A stretch of DNA of 64,000 nucleotides from Gemmatimonadales bacterium (lineage in GTDB: Bacteria; Gemmatimonadota; Gemmatimonadetes; Gemmatimonadales; GWC2-71-9), in NCBI GenBank assembly GCA_036393515.1, contig DASWGV010000153.1:5283-69282 (forward strand), given 5' to 3'. The notes under the pieces were generated by a model. The model did not search any database and was not told where the DNA came from. It saw only the letters and a program-made list of their open reading frames with translations. Positions 1-11,352 of the stretch are shown in pieces. The position numbers were made by a program, and so were the translations under genes. Numbering within the stretch: the stretch's first letter is position 1; each line of letters begins with the position of its first letter.

Positions 1-1899
1 TCCATCGCCTTCTACCAGATGGTCAACCAGGCGAAGGCGGAGTACGCCGACATCAAGTACTCGACCTTCAGCCGGGAGCTGGACCGCGACAACATAGCCG
101 AAGTAGAGATTACCAGCGGTCAGTTTGTGCGGGGCGAGTTCAAGGAGCAGATCACCGTGGCCGGCCGGGCCGAGGCGGTCCGGCGATTCAGCGTCATGTT
201 GCCGGTGCAGCATTCCGAGTCGCTGGTCGGACGCCTCGAAAGCAAGAACATCCCGATCGAAGCCAAGGAGCCCAGGCCTTCGCTGGGCGCCGTGTTCCTC
301 CAGCTGCTGCCCTGGATGATCCTCATTGGGTTGTGGCTCTTCTTCTGGCGCCAGGTGCAGCAAGGAGGCAACCGGGCCTTCGCGTTTGGCAAGTCACGCG
401 CCAAGCAGCTCACCGCCGACACGCCCAAGCTCACCTTCGCGGACGTCGCCGGATGTGACGAGGCAAAGGTCGAGCTCCAGGAGATCATCGAGTTCCTCAA
501 GGATCCCCAGCGGTTCCAACGTCTGGGAGGGCGGCTGCCCAAAGGCGTGTTGCTGGTGGGGCCCCCCGGCACGGGCAAGACCCTGCTGGCCCGGGCCGTG
601 GCCGGGGAGGCGGGACGGCCGTTCTTCTCCATGTCGGGGTCGGACTTCGTGGAGATGTTCGTGGGAGTTGGGGCCTCGCGGGTGCGCGATCTGTTCGAGA
701 CCGGCAAGTCGCACGCGCCCTGCATCATCTTCATTGACGAGATTGACGCGGTGGGTCGCCATCGCGGCGCTGGCTTGGGGGGGGGGCATGACGAGCGGGA
801 GCAGACGCTGAACCAGCTACTGGTGGAAATGGACGGGTTCGAATCCAACGAAGGCGTCATCCTCATCGCCGCGACCAACCGGCCGGACGTGCTGGACCCC
901 GCGCTGCTGCGCCCGGGCCGGTTCGACCGGCAGGTCGTGGTGGACATGCCAGACGTGCGCGGGCGGGAGATGATCCTTCGGGTGCACGCGCGGAAGATCC
1001 CGCTGGCGGACTCCGTGCGGCTGGAGGTCATGGCGCGGGCCACGCCGGGGTTGGCCGGCGCCGATCTGGCCAATATCGTCAATGAGGCTGCGCTGCTGGC
1101 GGCGCGCCGCAACCGGTCCAACGTCACCATGGAGGATTTCGAGGACGCCAAGGACAAGGTGATGCTCGGCGTAGAGCGGAAGAGCCTGGTCCTGTCCGAA
1201 GAGGAGCGCCGGCTCACGGCCTACCACGAAGCGGGACATGCGCTGGTCAGCCTGCGCGTGCCGGGGCTCGACCCGGTGCACAAGGTCAGCATCGTGCCCC
1301 GCGGCCGGGCGCTGGGGCTCACGTTCTCGCTGCCGGAAGAAGACCGTCACAACTACACCAAGGCCTACATCCACGGTCGGTTGGCCATGGCCTACGGTGG
1401 TCGCGTGGCCGAGGAGCTGATCTTCGGCCGCGACAAGGTCACCACCGGCGCCGCGCAGGACATCGAGCAGGCGACGGAAATGGCCCGGCGGATGGTGACC
1501 CAGTTCGGCATGAGCGACGTGGTGGGGCCCATTGCGGTGGGGGACCGGGAGCAGCAGATCTTCCTGGGTCGGGAGCTCACCCAGCGGCGGGAGGTGTCGG
1601 AGCGTACGGCGGAACTCGTGGACGCCGAAATGAAGCGCATCCTTCAGGACGCCTTCGAACGGGCGCGGGGTATCCTCGAGGGAGACCTGGCCACGCTCCA
1701 CCGTATGGCCGCCACGTTGCTGGAGCGGGAGACCCTGGACCGCGAAGAGGTCGAGTTGCTGGCGGCTGGCAAGGAACTACCAGCCCGACCGGCCCCGACG
1801 GTAGCGCCTTCGGAGCCGCGCTCCCTGCCCAGCAAGGCCCGGGCCCCTGACGTGAAGCCGGTTCTGGGGACGCCGGGAGCCGAACCGGCCGGCGCGTGA
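1..1899 (+). CDS. ftsH: ATP-dependent zinc metalloprotease FtsH (5' end cut by window edge)
   Basis: ORF 19..1899. The frame stays open back to nt 1 and the first TM helix is missing. Walker A GPPGTGKT, Walker B IIFIDEID, zinc site HEAGHA, second [17 protein letters not shown]. Confidence 0.95.
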   Translation, partial: SIAFYQMVNQAKAEYADIKYSTFSRELDRDNIAEVEITSGQFVRGEFKEQITVAGRAEAVRRFSVMLPVQHSESLVGRLESKNIPIEAKEPRPSLGAVFLQLLPWMILIGLWLFFWRQVQQGGNRAFAFGKSRAKQLTADTPKLTFADVAGCDEAKVELQEIIEFLKDPQRFQRLGGRLPKGVLLVGPPGTGKTLLARAVAGEAGRPFFSMSGSDFVEMFVGVGASRVRDLFETGKSHAPCIIFIDEIDAVGRHRGAGLGGGHDEREQTLNQLLVEMDGFESNEGVILIAATNRPDVLDPALLRPGRFDRQVVVDMPDVRGREMILRVHARKIPLADSVRLEVMARATPGLAGADLANIVNEAALLAARRNRSNVTMEDFEDAKDKVMLGVERKSLVLSEEERRLTAYHEAGHALVSLRVPGLDPVHKVSIVPRGRALGLTFSLPEEDRHNYTKAYIHGRLAMAYGGRVAEELIFGRDKVTTGAAQDIEQATEMARRMVTQFGMSDVVGPIAVGDREQQIFLGRELTQRREVSERTAELVDAEMKRILQDAFERARGILEGDLATLHRMAATLLERETLDREEVELLAAGKELPARPAPTVAPSEPRSLPSKARAPDVKPVLGTPGAEPAGA

Positions 1900-2816
1900 T
1901 CCCGGGTCCCGGCGAGTCGGCCGGGTCCCCCCCGGATCGTCCCGCAGTCCTCCCCCCCCGCCGCGCTGGGCGTCCGCGGGCCTGGGCGACGGCGCGCGGC
2001 TCCCTTCCGCTGGAGCGTCCAGTCATCGTTGGAATTCTGAATGTTACCCCGGACTCGTTCAGTGACGGGGGTCGGTTCCTTGTGCCGGAGGCAGCCCTGG
2101 ATCGGGCCGAGGAACTGGTGGCGGATGGCGCCGGCATGCTCGACGTAGGCGCGGAGTCCACGCGGCCCGGCGCCGCGCGGGTACCGGAGACCGAAGAGTG
2201 GCGCCGCCTGGCTCCGGTGCTGAGCGGCCTCACGCGACGGTTCCCGACAGTCCCCCTGAGCGTGGACACGACCAGGGCCGCAACCGCGACGCGCGCCCTG
2301 GAGGCGGGCGCCTGGGCGATCAACGACGTCTCCGCGCTGCGGCTCGACCCCGGGCTGGCGGAGGTGTGCTGCCGCCATGGCGCCGGTCTGGTGCTGATGC
2401 ATTCGCGCGGAACCACCTCGGACATGGCGAGCTATGCGTGGGCCACGTACGACGACGTCGCGATGACCGTGACGGCCGAACTGACGGAGGCGGTGGAGCG
2501 TGCGGTGGCCGGCGGCGTGGAACGGGACCGTTTGGTGCTGGATCCCGGGCTGGGCTTTGCCAAGACGCCGGAGCAGAGCTGGGCCGCGCTTCGTGGCCTG
2601 CCCCTGCTGGCCGACCTGGGCCTGCCGGTCATGATCGGTCCCTCTCGCAAGCGGTTCCTGGGGGCCGCCACGGGGCGGGACGTTGCCGACCGGGATGCCG
2701 CCACGGCGGCGGCCTGCGCGTTGGGCTCCTTGCTGGGCGCTTCGTTGTTCCGGGTGCACGCCGTTCCACCGGTCCGCGACGCCCTCGCCGTAGCGCACGC
2801 GCTGGCGAGCGCCTGA
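1896..2816 (+). CDS. folP: dihydropteroate synthase
   Basis: ORF 1896..2816 with [30 protein letters not shown] and PSRKRF motifs. The GTG start overlaps the ftsH stop (GTGA). The first ~40 aa are Pro/Arg-rich and encoded by C-runs, so the true start is uncertain. Confidence 0.9.
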   Translation: MIPGPGESAGSPPDRPAVLPPRRAGRPRAWATARGSLPLERPVIVGILNVTPDSFSDGGRFLVPEAALDRAEELVADGAGMLDVGAESTRPGAARVPETEEWRRLAPVLSGLTRRFPTVPLSVDTTRAATATRALEAGAWAINDVSALRLDPGLAEVCCRHGAGLVLMHSRGTTSDMASYAWATYDDVAMTVTAELTEAVERAVAGGVERDRLVLDPGLGFAKTPEQSWAALRGLPLLADLGLPVMIGPSRKRFLGAATGRDVADRDAATAAACALGSLLGASLFRVHAVPPVRDALAVAHALASA

Positions 2817-3613
2817 TGCCTTTCGAGTACCTGCGTTTCTTGGTCCCCGGCTGGCGGGACGGGGTGGAGATTCTCATCGTGGCGCTGGTGGTGTACTACC
2901 TGCTGCGGTTTCTGGCCGGCACGCGCGCCCTCCCCGTCTTGCTCGGCCTGATCGTGCTCGGCGTGGTATACTTCGCCGCCCTGTTGCTGAAGTTCAACGT
3001 TATCACCACCCTGCTGGGTGTGGTGTTCACCTATGGCGTGTTCGCGGCCATCGTGGTGTTTCAGCCCGAGTTGCGGCACGCGCTGGCCCGGCTGGGACGC
3101 CTGCGGGCCTTGCGCCTCATCGGGGGCGGCGACGCGCGCGGCGTGAGTGAAGAGATCAGTGAGGCCGTGCAGCGCCTGGTGCGCGCGGGAACCGGGGGCA
3201 TCATTGCGGTGGAGGGCGATGCGGCGCTCAGCGACTACCTGGAAACAGGAACCGAAATGAACGCGGCGGTGTCCGCTGACTTGCTCACCACCATCTTTAC
3301 GCCGTATTCGCCCCTCCACGACGGCGCCGTGCTGATCCGCGGGGATCAGATCATCGGGGCGGGCTGCGTGTTGCCGCTGACCCAGTTTCCGGTGACGGAC
3401 CGAACCCTGGGCACGCGGCATCGTGCGGCGCTCGGCCTGTCGGAGGAGACCGATGCCGTCGTGATCGTGATTTCGGAGGAGACCGCCCAGGTGGCGGTGG
3501 CGCTGCGCGGGTTGCTGCACCGCGACCTGACGCCCGCGCAGGTGCGGGAGGTGCTGACCAGCCGGTCGTTTCCCGCTTCGGCCGCGGGTGTCCCGGTGAC
3601 CGAACGCTCCTGA
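2816..3613 (+). CDS. cdaA: diadenylate cyclase CdaA (membrane-anchored DisA_N/DAC domain)
   Basis: In-frame 3' part of ORF 2198..3613. ATG 2816 overlaps the folP stop (TGATG). Hydrophobic N-terminal helices (ILIVALVVYYLL, VLLGLIVLGVVYFAALLL, LLGVVFTYGVFAAIVVF), then a DAC domain with HDGAV and TRHRAALG motifs. Confidence 0.9.
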   Translation: MPFEYLRFLVPGWRDGVEILIVALVVYYLLRFLAGTRALPVLLGLIVLGVVYFAALLLKFNVITTLLGVVFTYGVFAAIVVFQPELRHALARLGRLRALRLIGGGDARGVSEEISEAVQRLVRAGTGGIIAVEGDAALSDYLETGTEMNAAVSADLLTTIFTPYSPLHDGAVLIRGDQIIGAGCVLPLTQFPVTDRTLGTRHRAALGLSEETDAVVIVISEETAQVAVALRGLLHRDLTPAQVREVLTSRSFPASAAGVPVTERS

Positions 3614-3639
3614 TCCACCAACCATAGGCCCCACGAACT

Positions 3640-6060
3640 ATGGCTGATCCACAGGCTTCTGCCGTTCCTGCCAATGTTGTGCGGCAAGGGCCGCGCCCCC
3701 CGTACCTGGCGGCGGCGGCGGTGTTCCTGGTGGTGCTGGCCGGGTACATCTGGTCGCTGGCGCCGACGGTCACGTTCTGGGACGCGGGCGAGTTCATCGC
3801 GACCACCAAGATTCTCGGTATCCCGCACCCTCCGGGCACGCCCCTCTTCGTGTTGATGGCGCACGTGTGGGCGGAGCTGGTTGGCGTGGGGGAGTTCGCC
3901 TACCGCACCAATCTGATGACCGCGATGTTCTCCGCCGGCGCCGCCGCGTGGTTTTTCCTGGTGGCGGCCCAGGCGCTGCGCGGGGACGGGAAGGGCGACG
4001 AGGCGCGCGATCCCGTGTTCCTGATGGGTGGCGCGGCCGCCGGCGCGGTTGCGTCGGCCTTCGTGTTCACGGTGTGGCAGAACTCGGTGGAGACCGAAGT
4101 CTACATGGTGGCCACGTTCAGCATCGCGGCGACCACTTGGTTGGCGTGGCTCTGGCGCAAACACCGCGGGACGCCCCGGGCCCCACACCTGCTGCTCCTC
4201 ATCGCGTACCTGGCGGCGGTGTCATTGGGGAATCACCTCCTCACGCTCCTGGTGGGGCCCAGCGTCATCGGCTTCATGTATTACACCATGCGCCAGCTTC
4301 CGCTGGCGGATGAGCAGGAGCGCCGGGTGGAGCGGGCCCAGCTGGCGGTGGTCACCGGCATCTGGGCGCTGCTCATCGGTACCGGGATGGGCAGCACGGC
4401 CCTGCTGGTGCTGGGCGGGCTGATCTTCGTGGCGGGCGCCGCGTACGCGGCGGCGACTGGGGCCCTGCTGTTCGCGGTGTCCATTTTCGTGCTGGCTGCG
4501 GTCGGAGCCTCGACCTACCTGTTCCTCTACGTCCGGGCCGGCCTCCAGCCGTTCATCAACGAAGCGGATCCTTCCACCTGGGATTCGTTGGTCGCCGTCA
4601 TTCGGCGGGAGCAGTATCCGCCACGGTCCCCTCTGGACAACCCGATCTATTCCTCCGGGCCGGAGAACCCGGGGCGCTCGCTCACCATCATGTGGCTCCA
4701 GGTCCTGAACTACCTCCAGTACTTCGACTGGCAGTGGGCCAACGGACTGGCCCCCACGCAGCCGGTGTTCGCCAAGGTGCGCCTCCCGTTCACCCTGTTG
4801 TTCACCTCGCTGGGCATCTACGGCATGCAGGTGCTCAAGCGGCGAGACAGCGGCATGTTCTGGCTGTTGTTTCTGGTGTGGCTGACCACCGGGTTCGGCC
4901 TGGTGGGTTACATCAACTTCAAGCCGGGGTTCTCCCTGGGGTACGATCAGTTTCCCGACCCCAATGCCCACGAGGTGCGGGAGCGGGACTACTTCTTCAC
5001 CGTGTCGTTCCAGGTGTGGGGCCTGTTCGCCGGGCTGGGGCTGGCGGGCCTGTACCGGGTGCTGCGGGAGCGGTTGGGCGGTGATCGCGATCTGTCGGCG
5101 TCGCCGCTTCGCTTTGCCCCTGCGGCCTTGCTCGCGGGCGCCCTGCTGCCCTTCGCCCTGAACGGGCGCGCCGCGAGCCGCGCGCACGGACCGGAGGCGC
5201 TGCTCGCCCGGGACTTCGCGTATTCGCTGCTGCAATCCGTGGAGCCCTACGGCATTGTGTTCACCAACGGAGACAACGATACGTTCCCCCTCTGGTATCT
5301 CCAGGAGGTGGAGGAAATCCGTCGGGACGTGTCGGTGGTCAATCTCTCCCTGGGCAACACCGACTGGTACGTGCGGCAGCTCCGCGATAACCCGGTGCGG
5401 CCGTTCGTGCCGGAGCAAGCGCCGTGGCTGACCCCACCCGATTCGGTACCGCCGCCGCTCCACTCGCTGAGCGACGAGCAGGTGGCGGGTATGGTGCCGC
5501 AGCTGATCCCCCGCGCCATCCGGATCACGGCGGGCCTGGTAAACCACACCTATCCGGAGGGCACGCCCCTCTACGTGAAGGACATCCTGATCCTGCGGCT
5601 CTTGCAGGAGAACTGGCAACGGCGGCCCATCTATTTCTCGCTCACGGCCGGCAGCAGCAGTTGGCTGGGCCTGAACCGATACCTGACGCAAGAGGGGCTG
5701 GTGCTGAAGGTGAACGCCCTCACGCCGCCCGATACCAACCGCCTTGCTCCCGGCCTGCTGGGTGTGCCGCTCGACGTGCCGCGAACGCAAGAGCTGACGT
5801 GGGAGGTGTATCGCTACGCCAAGCTGCTCGAGGCCGATACGCTCGACCTGGACCCAACGAGCCGGAACATCGCCACCAATCTCAGCATTCCACCACTCTC
5901 CCTGGGGCAGGCCTATCAGGCACTGGGACGTCGTGAGGACGCCATCAAGAACCTCGAAATGGCCTACAAGCTGGGCTACGATCCCAATCTGGCTCAGGTC
6001 ATTCAGTCGCTGAAGGGGCAGGACAGCGCGGTTTTCGGGGACACCGCGTTGGGACGATAA
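3640..6060 (+). CDS. DUF2723/TMEM260-like GT-C family membrane glycosyltransferase with C-terminal TPR-like tail
   Basis: ORF 3640..6060, 806 aa. N-terminal signature TFWDAGEFIATTKILGIPHPPGTPLF followed by many hydrophobic segments. Soluble C-terminal half ends in a TPR-like repeat (LGQAYQALGRREDAIKNLEMAYKLGYDP). Family assigned from memory of the motif. Confidence 0.75.
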   Translation: MADPQASAVPANVVRQGPRPPYLAAAAVFLVVLAGYIWSLAPTVTFWDAGEFIATTKILGIPHPPGTPLFVLMAHVWAELVGVGEFAYRTNLMTAMFSAGAAAWFFLVAAQALRGDGKGDEARDPVFLMGGAAAGAVASAFVFTVWQNSVETEVYMVATFSIAATTWLAWLWRKHRGTPRAPHLLLLIAYLAAVSLGNHLLTLLVGPSVIGFMYYTMRQLPLADEQERRVERAQLAVVTGIWALLIGTGMGSTALLVLGGLIFVAGAAYAAATGALLFAVSIFVLAAVGASTYLFLYVRAGLQPFINEADPSTWDSLVAVIRREQYPPRSPLDNPIYSSGPENPGRSLTIMWLQVLNYLQYFDWQWANGLAPTQPVFAKVRLPFTLLFTSLGIYGMQVLKRRDSGMFWLLFLVWLTTGFGLVGYINFKPGFSLGYDQFPDPNAHEVRERDYFFTVSFQVWGLFAGLGLAGLYRVLRERLGGDRDLSASPLRFAPAALLAGALLPFALNGRAASRAHGPEALLARDFAYSLLQSVEPYGIVFTNGDNDTFPLWYLQEVEEIRRDVSVVNLSLGNTDWYVRQLRDNPVRPFVPEQAPWLTPPDSVPPPLHSLSDEQVAGMVPQLIPRAIRITAGLVNHTYPEGTPLYVKDILILRLLQENWQRRPIYFSLTAGSSSWLGLNRYLTQEGLVLKVNALTPPDTNRLAPGLLGVPLDVPRTQELTWEVYRYAKLLEADTLDLDPTSRNIATNLSIPPLSLGQAYQALGRREDAIKNLEMAYKLGYDPNLAQVIQSLKGQDSAVFGDTALGR

Positions 6061-6105
6061 TCACTCTCTGTCCGCCTCCCTGGCGTCCCGCTACCTTGTA
6101 GCGCC

Positions 6106-6801
6106 ATGGTCGCCGCAGCGCTGGCGCAGAATCTTGCCAGAGTGCGTGAGGACATCGCCCGGGTGCAGGCTGTCGAGGGTGTGCGCCACGACGTTCGGAT
6201 CGTGGCGGTGACCAAGGGACATCCGCCGGACGCCGTCCGCGCGGCCTGGGTGGCCGGGATTACGGACATCGGCGAAAACCGGGTGCAGGAGGCCCTGGAG
6301 AAGCAAGCGTCCGCCGCGGACGTTCCCGTGGCGTGGCATTTGGTCGGGCATTTGCAAACCAACAAGGCAAAGCTCGTCGCCCAGCGGTTTGCCTGGGTGC
6401 ATTCGGTGGATTCGCCCAAGGTGGCGGAGGCCCTGGCGCGCGCCGTTCGATCTCATCCGGGGGCCCCTCCCCTCGCGGTGCTGCTCCAGGTGAACGTTGC
6501 CGGAGAGGCGCAGAAAAGCGGTTGCGATCCGGCGGAGGCCGCCGAGCTGGCGGCGGCAGTGCGGGGCACGCCGGAGTTGCTCCTCATGGGCTTGATGACC
6601 ATGGCGCCGTTCACCGATGACGAGGGCGTGCAGCGCCGGACGTTCGCCGGGCTCCGCCAGCTGCGGGACCGCTTGCGGACGGCCGAGCTCACGCTGCCCG
6701 AATTGTCCATGGGCATGTCCGGCGACTATCGGGCCGCGGTGGCGGAAGGAGCGACCATGCTGCGACTGGGAACCGTCTTGTTGGGGGAACGCGTCGGGTG
6801 A
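6106..6801 (+). CDS. yggS: YggS/YlmE family pyridoxal-phosphate homeostasis protein
   Basis: ORF 6106..6801 with VAVTKGHP (PLP lysine), GENRVQE, WHLVGHLQTNK and LSMGMSGDY. Confidence 0.9.
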   Translation: MVAAALAQNLARVREDIARVQAVEGVRHDVRIVAVTKGHPPDAVRAAWVAGITDIGENRVQEALEKQASAADVPVAWHLVGHLQTNKAKLVAQRFAWVHSVDSPKVAEALARAVRSHPGAPPLAVLLQVNVAGEAQKSGCDPAEAAELAAAVRGTPELLLMGLMTMAPFTDDEGVQRRTFAGLRQLRDRLRTAELTLPELSMGMSGDYRAAVAEGATMLRLGTVLLGERVG

Positions 6802-7289
6802 CCGAGCCTGGCTTCAACCTCACGCCCGTGGACGTGCGGACGCAGGAGTTCCGCAAGACCCTGCGGGGCTATGACCCGGATGCCGTGGATGAGTTCCGCG
6901 GCCGGGTCGCAGACGAGCTGGAGCGGCTGCTGCGGGAGAAGGCGGTCCTCGACGACCGGGTGCAGAGCCTGCGCGAACAGCTCAAGGCCTTTCGTGATCG
7001 CGAAAAAGCGTTGAACGACGCGCTGGTGGTAGCGCAACAACTGCGGCAGGATACGGAGCAGGCGGCGCGCCGGGAGGCGGAGCTGGTGATCCGCGAGGCC
7101 CGAACCCAGGCCGACGCGCTGGTCCAGGAGGCGCGCGTGGCCGAGCAGGCCGTCCGCCGCGACACGGAATCGGCGCAGCGTCACTTCACCGCCTACCTTG
7201 GCGCCTTCCGCACTCTGCTGGAGCGCTACCTCTCCGAAGTTGACGCGCTGGATGTCCACACCCGGGACGGGAGCACGCCCAAGCCGTGA
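6798..7289 (+). CDS. divIVA: DivIVA domain protein
   Basis: ORF 6798..7289. N-terminal [26 protein letters not shown] signature, then a heptad-rich coiled coil. The GTG start overlaps the yggS stop by 4 nt. Confidence 0.8.
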   Translation: MTEPGFNLTPVDVRTQEFRKTLRGYDPDAVDEFRGRVADELERLLREKAVLDDRVQSLREQLKAFRDREKALNDALVVAQQLRQDTEQAARREAELVIREARTQADALVQEARVAEQAVRRDTESAQRHFTAYLGAFRTLLERYLSEVDALDVHTRDGSTPKP

Positions 7290-8113
7290 GCGCGTCGCTG
7301 GCGGCCGACATCGAGCGGTCAGTGTCGGTCATCCGCGCGCGAACCGACGCGACCGTTGGGGTCGCCGTCATCCTGGGCACGGGGCTGGGCAAGCTGGCCG
7401 ACGAGATGGCCGTTGCCACCGCCATTCCGTACGGAGAAATCCCCGGGTTCCCGCTCTCCACCGTCGAGAGCCACCAGGGGAGACTCCTGGTCGGCACGTT
7501 GGGAGGGAAACCGGCGGTCGCCATGCAGGGGCGCTTCCACCGGTATGAGGGGTACACCCTGCAACAGGTCACCTTTCCCGTGCGGGTGATGCGAGCCCTG
7601 GGCGCCGGGACGCTCATCGTGGCCAACGCCTGCGGCGGCATGCACCCGCTGTGGGCCCCGGGCGACCTGATGCTGATGGCCGACCACATCAACCTGCTGG
7701 GGGACAACCCGCTGGTGGGCCCGAATGACGACACCCTCGGCCCGCGTTTTCCCGATATGTCGGCGGCATATGACCCCGGGCTGCGGGCGCTTGCGCGGGA
7801 GGTCGCGCGTGAGCTGGGCCTGATCCTGCGCGAAGGCGTGTACGTGGCGGTCCCCGGGCCCAATCTCGAGACCCGAGCCGAGTATCGGATGCTCCGCGCC
7901 ATGGGGGCCGACGTCGTCGGCATGTCCACCGTCCCCGAGGTCATCGTCGCCGTCCACAGCGGCATGAAGGTGCTCGGCCTCTCGATCCTTACCGATCAAT
8001 GCCTCCCCGACGCCCTGGAGCCGGTTGATATCGAGCGCATCATCCGCACCGCGGCCACGGCGGAGCCGCAACTCACCCGCCTGGTGACCACGGTGCTGGA
8101 GCGATTGCCGTGA
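7286..8113 (+). CDS. punA: purine nucleoside phosphorylase (trimeric PunA type)
   Basis: ORF 7286..8113 with [22 protein letters not shown] and VGMSTVPEV motifs. The GTG start overlaps the divIVA stop. Confidence 0.9.
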   Translation: MSASLAADIERSVSVIRARTDATVGVAVILGTGLGKLADEMAVATAIPYGEIPGFPLSTVESHQGRLLVGTLGGKPAVAMQGRFHRYEGYTLQQVTFPVRVMRALGAGTLIVANACGGMHPLWAPGDLMLMADHINLLGDNPLVGPNDDTLGPRFPDMSAAYDPGLRALAREVARELGLILREGVYVAVPGPNLETRAEYRMLRAMGADVVGMSTVPEVIVAVHSGMKVLGLSILTDQCLPDALEPVDIERIIRTAATAEPQLTRLVTTVLERLP

Positions 8114-11100
8114 CCCGCTATCTCCCGATCGAGGCGTCCTCCCAGGACGCCCTGGAGCGCGCCGTGCTGGAGGAGTGGCGAGCGGAAGACCTGTTTCGGC
8201 GCACCCTGGAGGTAACGCGAGACGCTCCGCCGTTCGTGTTTTACGAAGGCCCGCCCACCGCCAACGGCAAACCCGGTATCCACCATGTTTTTGCGCGGAC
8301 CATCAAGGATCTGGTGTGTCGGTACCAGGCTATGCTGGGGCACTCGGTCACGCGCATCGCGGGATGGGACACCCATGGGCTCCCGGTGGAAATCGAGGTG
8401 GAAAAGGCCCTCGGCATCAGCGGCAAGGCGGATATCGAGCGGCTCGGCGTGGCGGAGTTCAACCGGCGCTGCCGGGAGAGCGTCTTCCGCTACAAAGGCG
8501 AATGGGAAGCGTTGTCCCAGCGCATCGGGTATTGGCTGGACTACCAGCACCCCTATGTCACCTACAGCAACGACTACATCGAGAGTGTGTGGTGGTTGCT
8601 TCAGCGGCTGCACCAGAAGGGCCTGTTGTACGAAGGTCACAAGGTGCTGCCCTACTGCTGGCGTTGCGGAACCGCGCTCTCCAGCCACGAGCTGGCGCTG
8701 GGCTACGACACGCACAAGAGCCCGTCGATCTACGTGTTGTTCAGAGTGACGCGAACGGAGAGAGGCGAGCGCGAGACGCGTCAAGGCGTAGGCACGGCTG
8801 CGACGTATTTGCTCGTCTGGACCACCACTCCCTGGACGCTGCCGTCCAACGTGGCTGTTGCGGTCCACGCGGACCTCACCTACGTCGAGCTGGACGTGGA
8901 AGGCCGTCACCTGATTGTCGAGCGGGGCCTGGCGGATAAAGTGATTCCGGGCGCCACCCACGGAAGGCCGCTGTCCAGCTTTGTGCGGGTTGCCGAGTAC
9001 CGGGGGGTTGACCTGATTGGCTGGCGCTACGAGCAGCTGCTGGATGCCGTGCCCGTGGACCCGGCGGAGGCGTTCCGCGTGGTCGCCGGAGATTTCGTGA
9101 CGGCCGAGGAGGGGACGGGTCTGGTGCACCTGGCTCCGGCATTCGGTGCGGACGACTACGCCATGGTACAGCGCGAGGGCCTCCCCTTCTTCAACATCGT
9201 GGACGCGGATGGGAAGTTCGCGGGCACGCGCTGGGACGAGATCAACGGGAAAACCGTGTTCGAGGCGAACCCGATCATCGCGGCGCGGTTGGAGCATGAA
9301 GGCAAGGTGTTGGGCCGGTACCAGCCGGAGGGCTACGAGCACTCCTATCCGTTTTGCTGGCGGTGTGACTCTCCCCTCATCTACTACGCTCGCAAGTCAT
9401 GGTTCATCCGCACGACCGCGTTTCGCGATCGCATGATCGACATGAACCGCGCCGTGCACTGGCACCCCCCTGAGGTGGGAGCGGGCCGCTTCGGCGAGTG
9501 GTTGGAGAACAACGTGGATTGGGCGCTGTCGCGCGACCGGTACTGGGGGACCCCGCTCCCGGTGTGGCGTTGCGAGCGCGACCCCGGCCATTTGACGGTC
9601 ATTGGCTCGTTCGCGGAGCTCGCGCGGCTGGGGGGAACGCCGCTGCCGGCGGACTTCGATCCCCACAAGCCGTCGGTGGACGGGTACGCCCTGGCGTGCC
9701 CCCACTGTGGCGGCACCATGCGTCGCGTGCCGGAGGTCATTGACGCATGGTTCGATTCGGGGGCCATGCCCAGCGCCCAGTGGCATGCGCCGTTTGAGCA
9801 TGAGGCCGACTTCCGGTCGCATTTCCCGGCGGATTTCATTTGCGAAGGGCTGGATCAGACGCGGGGCTGGTTCTACTCCCTGCTCGCCATCGCCGCGGGC
9901 GTTTACGACGCGCCGGCCTACCGGCACGTGATCGTCAATGGGTTGGTGCTGGACGCCGAGGGCCGCAAGATGTCCAAGCGCCTCGGAAACGTGGTGGATC
10001 CGGTGGACGTAGTGGAGCGCTTCGGTGCGGACACGGTCCGGCTCTACCTCCTGGCATCCAGTCAGGTGCACATGCCGAAGCGGTTCGACCCCGTCATGAT
10101 CCCGGAAGTGGCCGCAGGTTTTCTGATCCGGTTGCGTAACACGTACGGGTTCTTTCAGCTCTATGCCCAGGACTGGGACGCCCGGGAGACGCCGCCTTGG
10201 GGGGAGCGGGCCGCGGTGGATCGCTGGCTGCTCGGCCGGCTGGACGGTGTGGTCGCCGCGGTCCGCCAGGCCTGGTCGGGGTACGACGTGACGGCCGGAA
10301 CCCGCGCCATCATGGACTTCTGCGATCACGATCTGTCGAACTGGTACGTCCGGGTGAACCGCGACCGCTTCTGGGCGCCGGACGCGCGCCCGGACCGGGC
10401 GGCGCTCGCCACGCTGTACGAAGCGCTGCGAACGGTTGCCCGCCTGCTGGCTCCGGCGGCGCCGTTCCTGTCGGATGCTGTGCACCGCCGGTTGACGGGG
10501 CGGTCCGTGCACCTGGAGCGCTTTCCGGAGGACCAGGGGCGTCGCGACCCGGGGCTGGACGGGGCCATGGACGCGGTCAGGGGGTTGGCCACGCTGGCGC
10601 GCGCCGCTCGCGAGCAAGCCGGCCTCCGCGTCCGCCAGCCCCTGGCCCGCATGCGGGTGGCCGTGCCCACCGGTGTGGCGGGATCGGCGCTGGCCGAACT
10701 GATCCCCTTGCTCGCCGCTGAAGTGAACGTCAAGTCGGTAGACGTGGTCGCGTCCGACGAAGAGCTGGTGCGGCTGCGCGGAAAACCCAACTTCGCTTCG
10801 CTCGGCAAGGTGTACGGACACCGGACCCCGGCTGCTGCCGCGGCCGCGGCGAACTTGGATCGGACCCAGCTCCGGGCGCTCGAAGCAGGCCAGGATGTGA
10901 CGCTGGTCGGAGCGGATGGCGGGCCCTTCGACTACCGCCCCGCGGACATCCGGATCGAGCGGGAAGTGACCACCGACTGGATCGTGCAGTCGCAAGGGGC
11001 GCTGGTAGCGGCCCTGGACCCGGCCTTGACAGATGCTCTCCGGCTCGAAGGGCTGGCGCGGGAACTGGTCAACCGGGTGCAGCGCCTGCGGAAGGAAGCG

Positions 11101-11319
11101 GGTTATGATTATACGGCTCGGATTGCCCTCAGCGTCTCAGGGGCCGGGGACGTAGTACGGGCTGCCCGGGAGCACCAAGGTTTCATCGCCGGCGAAACGC
11201 TGGCGCGGGAATTCGCCGCCGGCCGGGACCTGACCGGCGCTGACGTGACCGAAGTGGTCGAGATCGACGGGAGGCAGGTGCGCATCGCGGTCCGGCGACA
11301 CGAGGTCCCCGCCGGCTGA
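8110..11319 (+). CDS. ileS: isoleucine--tRNA ligase
   Basis: ORF 8110..11319, 1069 aa. HIGH-type [16 protein letters not shown]-type [10 protein letters not shown]1 editing insertion. The GTG start overlaps the punA stop. Confidence 0.97.
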   Translation: MTRYLPIEASSQDALERAVLEEWRAEDLFRRTLEVTRDAPPFVFYEGPPTANGKPGIHHVFARTIKDLVCRYQAMLGHSVTRIAGWDTHGLPVEIEVEKALGISGKADIERLGVAEFNRRCRESVFRYKGEWEALSQRIGYWLDYQHPYVTYSNDYIESVWWLLQRLHQKGLLYEGHKVLPYCWRCGTALSSHELALGYDTHKSPSIYVLFRVTRTERGERETRQGVGTAATYLLVWTTTPWTLPSNVAVAVHADLTYVELDVEGRHLIVERGLADKVIPGATHGRPLSSFVRVAEYRGVDLIGWRYEQLLDAVPVDPAEAFRVVAGDFVTAEEGTGLVHLAPAFGADDYAMVQREGLPFFNIVDADGKFAGTRWDEINGKTVFEANPIIAARLEHEGKVLGRYQPEGYEHSYPFCWRCDSPLIYYARKSWFIRTTAFRDRMIDMNRAVHWHPPEVGAGRFGEWLENNVDWALSRDRYWGTPLPVWRCERDPGHLTVIGSFAELARLGGTPLPADFDPHKPSVDGYALACPHCGGTMRRVPEVIDAWFDSGAMPSAQWHAPFEHEADFRSHFPADFICEGLDQTRGWFYSLLAIAAGVYDAPAYRHVIVNGLVLDAEGRKMSKRLGNVVDPVDVVERFGADTVRLYLLASSQVHMPKRFDPVMIPEVAAGFLIRLRNTYGFFQLYAQDWDARETPPWGERAAVDRWLLGRLDGVVAAVRQAWSGYDVTAGTRAIMDFCDHDLSNWYVRVNRDRFWAPDARPDRAALATLYEALRTVARLLAPAAPFLSDAVHRRLTGRSVHLERFPEDQGRRDPGLDGAMDAVRGLATLARAAREQAGLRVRQPLARMRVAVPTGVAGSALAELIPLLAAEVNVKSVDVVASDEELVRLRGKPNFASLGKVYGHRTPAAAAAAANLDRTQLRALEAGQDVTLVGADGGPFDYRPADIRIEREVTTDWIVQSQGALVAALDPALTDALRLEGLARELVNRVQRLRKEAGYDYTARIALSVSGAGDVVRAAREHQGFIAGETLAREFAAGRDLTGADVTEVVEIDGRQVRIAVRRHEVPAG

Positions 11320-11352
11320 CGAACTCCTCGCACGGGAACGCGGGAACGATCC

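Noticed and set aside
2198-2815. Upstream extensions of track ORFs that overlap the preceding gene: 2198, 11657, 15962, 16533, 17426, 27989, 30079, 36399, 39086, 43442, 45390, 54453 and 57294.
   Set aside because: In each case the extension is Arg/Pro/Gly-rich and overlaps a well-supported gene in another frame. An in-frame ATG or GTG at the upstream gene's stop codon yields a protein whose N-terminus matches the family. I trimmed to those starts.
3610-3652. 9-nt direct repeat CTGATCCAC at 3610-18 and 3644-52. The second copy, TGATCCACA, is one mismatch from the DnaA box TTATCCACA.
   Set aside because: A rough expectation (window length times a 50-nt distance range, divided by 4^9) predicts around ten such nearby 9-mer repeats by chance in 64 kb. 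There is no cluster of boxes and no AT-rich unwinding element, and the second copy lies inside a start-codon region.
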